Assembly (NCBI GenBank): GCA_963789135.1
Contig: CAWBJJ010000002.1
Location: 23,736 to 87,735 of the forward strand
Direction: 5' to 3'
DNA: 64,000 nucleotides
Source: an uncultured Acidobacteriota bacterium
Lineage (GTDB): Bacteria > Actinomycetota > Acidimicrobiia > Spongiisociales > ZC4RG35
In this document: positions 40,243 through 47,417 of the stretch, piece after piece
Layout of the letters: each line of letters opens with the position of its first letter
Numbering within the stretch: position 1 is the first letter of the stretch
The notes under the pieces: model-generated
What the model was told of the DNA's origin: nothing
The model's database searches: none
The model's input: the letters and a program-made list of their open reading frames with translations, nothing else
Position numbers and translations under genes: made by a program

Positions 40243-40871
40243 GCGAGGTTTCCGACCCGATATTCGCCCGGATCGCGGCACGCTACGACAGGATCAACCG
40301 GATCCTCTCCCTGGGCCAGGAACGGGCATGGCGGAAACGAGGGATCGACATGTTGGGACCAGGGCACGCCCTCGACCTGGGGTGTGGCACCGGCGACTCC
40401 GACTTCGGTAGCCGACGGGTTGTGGGCCTGGACCCGGTGATAGAGATGTTGGCGTTGAGCCCGGTGCGGGAGCGGGTCGTTGGAGTCGGGGAACGTCTGC
40501 CGTTTCCGCACGACAGCTTCGACGGGGTCTTCAGCGGTTTCGTTTTCCGCAACCTCACCTCGGTCGACCAGACCATCACCGAAGTGGGCCGTGTCCTCCG
40601 CCCCGGCTCGGCGGCAGTGGTCGTCGACCTCACCAGGCCCCGCAACCAGGTACTCAAGGTGTTGCACCGGATGGGAACTGCTGTGGTCCTCCCGCTCGTG
40701 GGGATGTTGTTCGCCGGGGCGCCCAAGGAGTATTGGTACCTGCATCGCTCGCTCGACTCCCTGCCGCCACCGGAGGTGCTGTTCGAAGGCAGGGACGTGG
40801 TGGTGGAAGAGGTGTGGCGGATGGGGGTTTTCGGATTCGTCTACGGAGCGAGATTGCGCAAACCCGCTTAG
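40239..40871 (+). CDS. class I SAM-dependent methyltransferase (UbiE/MenG-like)
   Basis: GTG 40239 overlaps the serS stop (GTGA). Motifs ARYDRINRILSLGQERAWRK and LDLGCGTGD are present. Confidence 0.75.
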   Translation: MSEVSDPIFARIAARYDRINRILSLGQERAWRKRGIDMLGPGHALDLGCGTGDSDFGSRRVVGLDPVIEMLALSPVRERVVGVGERLPFPHDSFDGVFSGFVFRNLTSVDQTITEVGRVLRPGSAAVVVDLTRPRNQVLKVLHRMGTAVVLPLVGMLFAGAPKEYWYLHRSLDSLPPPEVLFEGRDVVVEEVWRMGVFGFVYGARLRKPA

Positions 40872-40879
40872 CGGGTTTG
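40859..40879 (+). terminator. hairpin CAAACCCGC-TTA-GCGGGTTTG spanning the methyltransferase stop codon
   Basis: A 9-bp stem read directly, with a T-rich 3' side. Confidence 0.45.
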
Positions 40880-40984
40880 CGTTCTGCGCATTACGTACCA
40901 CGTGATACGGCGCCCGTGAACGGGCGCATGATCGTGCCCCCGCCGTCGGAACGATGAGCCACCGTCGACGACGGCCGCCGGCTC

Positions 40985-41078
40985 GGGTCAGGCCGCCCTG
41001 CGTCACCCGGAGCAGACCGCTTAGGGCTGCTTCCTTCCGGATCTGACCCGGTTCGCGGGGCTCCGCCGCGCAGGACCC
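40985..41078 (-). ncRNA. ffs: signal recognition particle RNA (small bacterial SRP RNA / 4.5S type); ends approximate
   Basis: The minus strand reads ...CCGGGUCAGAUCCGGAAGGAAGCAGCCCUAAGC..., nearly identical to the conserved helix-8 motif GGUCAGGUCCGGAAGGAAGCAGCC. Flanks pair (GGAGC/GCUCC, CUGCG/CGCAG, GGGUC/GACCC). Confidence 0.75.
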
Positions 41079-41254
41079 GACCGTCAACGCCGCGTGTCCA
41101 TCGTCAGGGCCGGAGCCCCGGTGTCACGCCATCCCTCGGGCGGGGAATTCGGCCCCGCATGTAGAGGATTTCGGGTACAGGGCACCCCTAGTGCCCCACC
41201 TAGCACGATCGGGTTTCAGGCTACCCCCGCGGGCACTGTTACCTTCCCCTGCTC

Positions 41255-42418
41255 ATGGCCCTCGCCGCCTTCGGCCCCACTTTTCCGCGCCTCTTCGTCG
41301 CCGGTCTGCTCGAGGAGATCTCTTTCGTCCTCATGATCCACTTCCCGGGTTATCTGGACGACCTGGGTGTGACCGAGTCGAAGATCGGGCTCCTCTATGC
41401 GGCGGCCGCCGTCCTCGCCCTTCTCATGCGGCCGGCCCTGGGACGCCTTCTCGACTTGACCCACCGCCGCACCGTCCTCCTCTTCGCCGGGGCGGGGAAC
41501 ATCGTGTTCATGCTGCTCATGGTGGCGACCACGGTGTGGGGACCGGTGTTGTGGGTCATCTTCTTGGCCCATCGAGTCCTTCTCATCTCCTTGTTCACCA
41601 CCCTGCTCACCTACGGCGCCGATTCGATTCCGGCCAAACACCGCACTCAAGGGCTGGCCTTGTTCGGTCTCTCCGGATTGGTCCCGATCGCCATCGGCGG
41701 TGTTCTCGGTGACCTGGTGATCGAGGTGGCCGGCTTCGACGGGCTCTTCATCCTCTCCGCGGCAGCGATGCTCGGATCCTGGCTGACCGTGTGGACCCTC
41801 CCCGTTCTTCCGATCCTCGGCCGGCGTCCCCGGCGCGGCTTCTGGCATGCCCTGGCGCAACGTGACCTGCTGCCCCTCTGGTGGGTGACGCTGACTTTCA
41901 GCATCGGGATGGAGACGCTGTTCACCTTCACCAGGACGTATGTGGACGAGCGTCAGATCGGGTCGGCCGGCCTCTTCTTCGGTGTCTACGGGGTGACTGC
42001 GGCGACGACCCGGCTCTTCGGCGGAAGCCGTTACGACCGGATGCCGCAACGTCCGGTGGTGGTGGGCTCGATCCTCTGCCTCTCGGTGTGCCTCGGCGTC
42101 ATGGCGGTGGCCGGATCCGCCGTCGTGCTCGTCATCGCCGCCATCGCCGGAGGGATGGCCCATGGCGCCCTGTTCCCGATCCTCTCCAGCCAGGTGGTCA
42201 ATCGGGCCCGCACTGCAGAGCGCGGATCGGCGATGTCGATCTTCACCTCGATCTTCGATTTCTCGCTGCTGATGGCTGCGCCACTGGTGGGGGCCGCCAT
42301 CGACGGGTTCGACTACCGGGTGGCTTTCGGCGCGGTGTCGATCGTCATCGTCCTCGGAGCGGTCGTCTACGCGATCTGGGACCGACGCCTGGCGTTGGTG
42401 GAAGCCGGGGTCGGCTGA
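41255..42418 (+). CDS. MFS transporter
   Basis: The 387-aa ORF has about 12 hydrophobic segments. Confidence 0.8.
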   Translation: MALAAFGPTFPRLFVAGLLEEISFVLMIHFPGYLDDLGVTESKIGLLYAAAAVLALLMRPALGRLLDLTHRRTVLLFAGAGNIVFMLLMVATTVWGPVLWVIFLAHRVLLISLFTTLLTYGADSIPAKHRTQGLALFGLSGLVPIAIGGVLGDLVIEVAGFDGLFILSAAAMLGSWLTVWTLPVLPILGRRPRRGFWHALAQRDLLPLWWVTLTFSIGMETLFTFTRTYVDERQIGSAGLFFGVYGVTAATTRLFGGSRYDRMPQRPVVVGSILCLSVCLGVMAVAGSAVVLVIAAIAGGMAHGALFPILSSQVVNRARTAERGSAMSIFTSIFDFSLLMAAPLVGAAIDGFDYRVAFGAVSIVIVLGAVVYAIWDRRLALVEAGVG

Positions 42419-42889
42419 TCACCTCCGGTCGCCGAAGAACCCCGTGAGGAGCGCAGCGCACTCGTCTGCCATGACCCCGTCCACCAGTTCGACGCGGTGG
42501 TTGAGGCGCCGGTCCTGGGGGATGTTGTAGAGGGACCATGCGGCTCCGGCCTTGGGGTCGGCGGCGCCGTACACGATCCGTTGCAGGCGGGAAAGCACCG
42601 CCGCTCCGGCGCACATCGGACACGGCTCGAGGGTGACCACCAGGGTGTGCCCTTCGAGACGCCAATCTCCCAGGTCCCTGGCCCGTCGGGAGAGGACAAG
42701 CATCTCGGCATGGGCGGTCGGGTCCGACAGCTCTTCACGCCGATTGTGGTCCACTGCAACCACAACTCCGTCACCATCGAGGAGTACCGCTCCTACTGGC
42801 ACATCCCGGGATCCCGCTGCTTCGGCACCCGCTTCGAGCGCCAGTTTCATGGCCGGCAGGTAGTCGGAGGTCGATATCGGCTGGGACAC
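42419..42889 (-). CDS. tadA: tRNA adenosine(34) deaminase
   Basis: CMP/dCMP deaminase zinc motifs HAEM and PCPMCAGA are present. The start is GTG. Confidence 0.88.
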   Translation of the reverse strand: MSQPISTSDYLPAMKLALEAGAEAAGSRDVPVGAVLLDGDGVVVAVDHNRREELSDPTAHAEMLVLSRRARDLGDWRLEGHTLVVTLEPCPMCAGAAVLSRLQRIVYGAADPKAGAAWSLYNIPQDRRLNHRVELVDGVMADECAALLTGFFGDRR

Positions 42890-42935
42890 GTCGTGGATTA
42901 TCCTCTACTCGCCTGCCAGCTCTGGCAGGCTTCCA

Positions 42936-43026
42936 GGAGGGATCGCATAGTCCGGTCTAGTGCGCGGCACTGGAAATGCCGTTGGGGGTTTACGCTCCCT
43001 CGAGGGTTCAAATCCCTCTCCCTCCG
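42936..43026 (+). tRNA. tRNA-Ser (anticodon GGA)
   Basis: Hand fold: acceptor GGAGGGA/TCCCTCC, anticodon stem CGGCA/TGCCG with loop CTGGAAA, long variable arm, T-arm GAGGG-TTCAAAT-CCCTC. Confidence 0.88.
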
Positions 43027-43061
43027 CGATACCGGTCTCGGCGGTCAGGCCGCCGGCCCTT

Positions 43062-43152
43062 GGAGGGGTCGCATAGTCCGGTCTAGTGCGCGGCACTCGA
43101 AATGCCGTAGGGGGCTGACGCCTCCTCGAGGGTTCGAATCCCTCCCCCTCCG
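43062..43152 (+). tRNA. tRNA-Ser (anticodon CGA)
   Basis: Same architecture as the preceding tRNA, with anticodon loop CTCGAAA and T-arm GAGGG-TTCGAAT-CCCTC. Confidence 0.88.
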
Positions 43153-43176
43153 CTCCCTCCTACGAGAGGATTCCAC

Positions 43177-44070
43177 TTGAGCAGCGACACGGAGCGCACC
43201 GGAGCCCGGCACGCCCGGCCGCTAGGCCTCGCTCTCGGGCTGATCGTTGCCTACGCAATCGTCGAGGTGGCAGCGGCGATCTTCACCGGGTCGTTGTCGC
43301 TCCTCTCCGACGCAGGGCATATGGGCACCGATGCTCTCGGACTTGGAATGGCCCTCGCCGCCGCCCTCACCGCACAGGGTGCGGCACGAAGAGATCGCCA
43401 GACCTACGGGCTCTACCGCCTGGAGATCATGGCGGCCGCCGCCAACTCCATCCTTCTGCTGTTGGTCGCCGCGTATGCGATCTTCGAAGGCGTCCGTCGG
43501 CTGTCGGATGCTCCGAGCCTGGACGCGGGGCCGATGCTCGTGGTCGGGCTTGGCGGCCTGATCGTCAACATGGTGGCGGCCCGGATCCTGCGAGCCGGCT
43601 CTGCCGAGAGCATGAATGTCGAAGGCGCATACGCCGAGGTGATGGCCGACTTTCTGGGGTCGATGGGCGTGATCGCGGCCGCCCTGGTCTATCTCGCCAC
43701 CGGGTGGGCCTACGCCGACCCACTGGTGGCGATCGCCATCGCGTTCTGGATCATCGTGCGCGCCGTCGCCCTCGGCCGGAAGGCCCTATCGGTACTGGTG
43801 CAGGCGGCTCCGACGCGGGTGGACCTGGTCGAGTTACGACACGACCTGGCCGAGATCGATGGGGTGACCGATGTCCACGACCTCCACGTGTGGACTCTCA
43901 CCTCGGACATGGATGTGGCCACCGCCCATCTCGTGGTGGCCGATGATGCCGACACTCATGCCGTCCTCCATCGCGCCGGCGACAGTCTCCGGGAGCGTTG
44001 GGGTATCGCCCACGCCACCTTGCAGGTCGAGCCGGAGAGCCACCGGGAGTGCGTCGAAGAGACTTGGTAG
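43177..44070 (+). CDS. cation diffusion facilitator family transporter (CzcD/ZitB-like)
   Basis: The 297-aa ORF has 6 TM segments, the motif LLSDAGHMGTD, and a C-terminal cytoplasmic domain containing HDLHVW. Confidence 0.88.
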   Translation: MSSDTERTGARHARPLGLALGLIVAYAIVEVAAAIFTGSLSLLSDAGHMGTDALGLGMALAAALTAQGAARRDRQTYGLYRLEIMAAAANSILLLLVAAYAIFEGVRRLSDAPSLDAGPMLVVGLGGLIVNMVAARILRAGSAESMNVEGAYAEVMADFLGSMGVIAAALVYLATGWAYADPLVAIAIAFWIIVRAVALGRKALSVLVQAAPTRVDLVELRHDLAEIDGVTDVHDLHVWTLTSDMDVATAHLVVADDADTHAVLHRAGDSLRERWGIAHATLQVEPESHRECVEETW

Positions 44071-44135
44071 GCCCCACGCGCGTGGACGCGGGCAAGGACC
44101 CGCCGGTGTTAGAAACGTGGGCGACTTAACACTTG

Positions 44136-44165
44136 TTGACGGGACTACAAGTCGTGTCGTACGCT
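44136..44165 (+). promoter_or_regulatory. candidate promoter: -35 TTGACG, 18-nt spacer, -10 TACGCT
   Basis: Read directly. It lies immediately upstream of the operator-like palindrome and about 70 nt upstream of the SBP start. Confidence 0.4.
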
Positions 44166-44169
44166 CGGG

Positions 44170-44183
44170 TTGAAACGTTTAAG
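44170..44183. promoter_or_regulatory. LacI-family operator candidate TTGAAACGTTTAAG
   Basis: Near-palindrome around the CG centre. A closely similar site lies at 52674-52687, and an extra half-site ACGTTTCGA lies at 44188-44196. Confidence 0.5.
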
Positions 44184-44232
44184 TCAGACGTTTCGAGAGC
44201 GCCGCGGGGCGCGCCTGATGAGGAGGATGTGC

Positions 44233-45600
44233 ATGAAACTGTTTTCGCGACGGTGGGCGGTGGTCCTTGCGGTGATCGCTCTCGTTGTCGTTGCATGTGG
44301 CGGTGGGTCGGAATCGACCACCACCGTCGCAACGGATGACGGTGCGACCACGGCCCCACCAGGGACCGAGGCTCCTGCCACCACAGCCCCAGCTGCCGAA
44401 CCGGTAACCCTTTCGTTCCTGATCGATGACAATCAGGTGACGATCGACTCGGCCGAGGCCCTGACAGCCGCGTTCACCGCAGCAAATCCAAACATAACGT
44501 TCGAGATCGAAACCCGGCCCGGCGGTGGGGAAGGCGACAACATCGTCAAGACCCGTCTCGCCACCGGGGAGATGACCGACATCTTCTGGTACAACACCGG
44601 CTCCCTGTTCCAGGCGCTCAATCCGACGGAGACCTTGGTCCCGATCACGGATGAGCCCTTCGTGGGCAACATCGTGGATTCGTTCCTGCCGACGGTCACC
44701 GCCGAGGAGAACGTGTACGGGGTGCCCTCGCAGACAGCCATGGGCGGTGGCGTCCTCTACAACAAGGCGATCTACGAAGATCTCGGCCTGAGCGTGCCCA
44801 CCACCTGGGACGAGTTCGCGGCGAACAACGACGCGATCCTCGCCGCGGGGATAGCCCCGGTCGGTCAGACCTACACCGACACTTGGACGTCGCAGCTGTT
44901 CGTGCTCGCCGACTACTACAACATCCAGACTCAAGACCCGGACTGGGCGGAGAAGTACACCAACAACGAGGCGAAGTACGTCGACCAGCCAGCGTTGGCT
45001 GGGTTCGAGCGCCTGCAGCAGGGATTCGAAGCCGGCTGGTATCAGCAGGACTTCGGATCGACGACCTTCGACGACGGGCTCAACCTCTTGGCGACCGGCG
45101 AGATCGCTCACTATCCGATGTTGACTTTCGCCCTCGGGGCGATCGCCACGAACCATCCGGACGCGGTCCAGGACATCGGGTTCTTCGGTCAGCCCGGCAA
45201 CGACGCCGCGACCAACGGGACCACGATCTGGATGCCGGCAGGCATCTACATCGCGGGGACGAGTGAGAACCAGGATGCGGCCAAGCAGTTCCTTGCGTTC
45301 GTTGCCTCGGTCGAGGGAACAGAGGCCTTGACTGCGGCGGTGGCGCCTCAAGGCCCGTACATGATCGAGGGGTCGTCGCTACCGGCGGACACACTGCCGG
45401 CCGTGCTCGACATCCAGGCCTATATCGATGCCGGGAAGACGGCACCGGCGCTCGAGTTCTTGTCACCGATCAAGGGCCCCAACCTCGAGTTCCTCACAGT
45501 GGCGGTCGGTTCGGGGCTCCAGAGCGCCGCAGACGCCGCTGCCGACTATGACGAAGACGTCGTTGCCCAGGCCCAGCAACTCGGCCTCCCTGGTTGGTGA
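44233..45600 (+). CDS. ABC transporter sugar-binding lipoprotein (family 1 SBP)
   Basis: GAGGAGGA RBS precedes ATG 44233. The lipobox is VVVACGGG. Confidence 0.85.
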   Translation: MKLFSRRWAVVLAVIALVVVACGGGSESTTTVATDDGATTAPPGTEAPATTAPAAEPVTLSFLIDDNQVTIDSAEALTAAFTAANPNITFEIETRPGGGEGDNIVKTRLATGEMTDIFWYNTGSLFQALNPTETLVPITDEPFVGNIVDSFLPTVTAEENVYGVPSQTAMGGGVLYNKAIYEDLGLSVPTTWDEFAANNDAILAAGIAPVGQTYTDTWTSQLFVLADYYNIQTQDPDWAEKYTNNEAKYVDQPALAGFERLQQGFEAGWYQQDFGSTTFDDGLNLLATGEIAHYPMLTFALGAIATNHPDAVQDIGFFGQPGNDAATNGTTIWMPAGIYIAGTSENQDAAKQFLAFVASVEGTEALTAAVAPQGPYMIEGSSLPADTLPAVLDIQAYIDAGKTAPALEFLSPIKGPNLEFLTVAVGSGLQSAADAAADYDEDVVAQAQQLGLPGW

Positions 45601-45637
45601 GCCAGCAAACCGAACCCATCTCCAAAGTTGATAGCTT

Positions 45638-45671
45638 GAGCACCGGCGGGGCAGTTGCCCCGCCGGTGCTC
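45638..45671 (+). promoter_or_regulatory. perfect 15-bp stem / 4-nt loop hairpin between the SBP and permease genes
   Basis: GAGCACCGGCGGGGC-AGTT-GCCCCGCCGGTGCTC read directly. Confidence 0.7.
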
Positions 45672-45689
45672 AACGTGAAGGATCGACGA

Positions 45690-46559
45690 ATGGGTGCGCC
45701 TTCGTTGAAGGACAAGGCCTACCCCCACGCCTTCTACATCCCGGCCGCAATCGTCTACGCCGTTCTCTTCATCGTTCCCACGGGGATGGCCTTCTTCTTC
45801 AGTCTCACCCGCTGGTCGTTGTTCGATTGGGAGTTCATCGGGTTCGAGAACTTCGTGCTCTTCTTCAACCGGCCTGCGTTGGTCAGCAGCATGCGCAACA
45901 CGCTGATCTATGCGGTGGTCACCAGCGGTTTGAAAGTGGTCATCGGTCTCTCTCTCGCCGTTCTCTTCACGTCGATGATCCGGCTCAAGACCGTTATGAG
46001 ATCGATGGTGTTCTTCCCGGTGATCGTGAGCATCGTCGCCGTTGGCATCACCTTCAAGATCTTGATGCATCCCTCGGAGGGCCTGATCAACAAGACGATC
46101 GCCTTGCTGGGTGGCGTGGGCCCTGCCTGGCTCACCGATCCCCAGATCGCCCTCCTCTCGGTGGCTCTGGTCGATGTCTGGAGGGGAGTCGGTATCGCGC
46201 TGGTGATCTTCATCGCCGGCATCGTCTCCATCCCCGAGGAGTACACAGATGCGGTCCGGATCGATGGTGGCGCATGGGCCAGGTTCCGCCACGTGATCGT
46301 CCCCCTTAGCCGCAATGCCACCTTCACCGTGATCCTGCTTTCCCTGATCGGCGGGCTTCGCAGCTTCGACCTGATCTGGACCATGACCGGAGGCGGGCCC
46401 GGGTTCACCACGGATGTGGTCGCGTCGGCGATCTTCAAGCAGTACCAGGCCGGCTTCTACGGGCTTTCGACTGCCGGGAACGTGATCCTGTTCATCGCAG
46501 TGAGCATCATCGTCTTCCCGTTGATGCGGTACTTCAACCGCAAGGAACTCGACCTGTGA
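45690..46559 (+). CDS. carbohydrate ABC transporter permease (MalF/UgpA-like)
   Basis: The ORF has 6 TM segments and an EAA-loop region. The start is chosen at ATG 45690, after the hairpin. Confidence 0.85.
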   Translation: MGAPSLKDKAYPHAFYIPAAIVYAVLFIVPTGMAFFFSLTRWSLFDWEFIGFENFVLFFNRPALVSSMRNTLIYAVVTSGLKVVIGLSLAVLFTSMIRLKTVMRSMVFFPVIVSIVAVGITFKILMHPSEGLINKTIALLGGVGPAWLTDPQIALLSVALVDVWRGVGIALVIFIAGIVSIPEEYTDAVRIDGGAWARFRHVIVPLSRNATFTVILLSLIGGLRSFDLIWTMTGGGPGFTTDVVASAIFKQYQAGFYGLSTAGNVILFIAVSIIVFPLMRYFNRKELDL

Positions 46560-47383
46560 GGCTGGTGCGCCGGTGGTGGGTCGACGGTGTGGCCTTGGCG
46601 GTCGGCACCGTTGTGTTCCTGGTCCCCTTCGCCTTCATCATCCTCACCGCGGGCAAGGACCAGGCAGAAGCGGCATTGCTCGACTTCACCTGGCCCACCG
46701 AGTGGCACCTCTGGGACAACCTGCAGGAGGTGTTGACTGCACGTGACGGCATCGCCGTCACGGCACTCAAGAACAGCTTCATTCTCACCATCGCCGCCGT
46801 GGCGCTCATCGTCTTCGTCTGTTCCATGGTCGCATTCGTCCAGCAACGTCGAAAGGACGGGCTCAGCTCATTCGCCAGCATCCTTTTGCTTGCCGGCCTG
46901 ATCATCCCTCCGGCGGTGGTGCCCACCATCTTCGTCTTACAGGCCCTCGGGCTGTTCAAGACCCTGATCGGCTTGATCTTGATCCACCTGGCTTTTGCCA
47001 TGCCCTTCGCAGTCATCGTCCTTCGCGGCTTCATCGGCACCATCCCCCGCGAGATCGATGAGGCTGCCATCGTCGACGGGGCCTCACCGATGACCCTGTT
47101 CTTTCGAGTCATCTTCCCTCTGATCCGTCCGGCGGTGATCACTGTGATCGTGGTGAACGCGGTCCTGATCTACAACGACTTCGTGTACGCGCTCTACTTC
47201 CTGCCCGGTGACGAGAACGCCACCGTGCAGCTGACGCTGTTCAACTTCCAGAGCCAGTTCCTCACTCAATGGAACCTGCTCTTCATGAACGTGGTGATCA
47301 TCACCATCCCGCCTCTGATCATGTTCATCCTCTTCAGCCGGAAGATCGTCTCTGGGCTCGCCGCCGGCGCAGTCAAGGGATAG
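46556..47383 (+). CDS. carbohydrate ABC transporter permease (MalG/UgpE-like)
   Basis: EAA motif IDEAAIVDGASPMTLFFRVIFP is present. The gene overlaps the upstream stop. Confidence 0.88.
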   Translation: MRLVRRWWVDGVALAVGTVVFLVPFAFIILTAGKDQAEAALLDFTWPTEWHLWDNLQEVLTARDGIAVTALKNSFILTIAAVALIVFVCSMVAFVQQRRKDGLSSFASILLLAGLIIPPAVVPTIFVLQALGLFKTLIGLILIHLAFAMPFAVIVLRGFIGTIPREIDEAAIVDGASPMTLFFRVIFPLIRPAVITVIVVNAVLIYNDFVYALYFLPGDENATVQLTLFNFQSQFLTQWNLLFMNVVIITIPPLIMFILFSRKIVSGLAAGAVKG

Positions 47384-47417
47384 CCCTCATCAACGCCGTG
47401 ACCATCTAGGAGACTCA

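Noticed and set aside
42905-43096. Track ORFs overlapping the tRNA-Ser genes (also 42497..43180 and 55720..56100, 55925..56386, 55994..56212).
   Set aside because: These regions fold into canonical tRNA cloverleaves, so the ORFs are coincidental.
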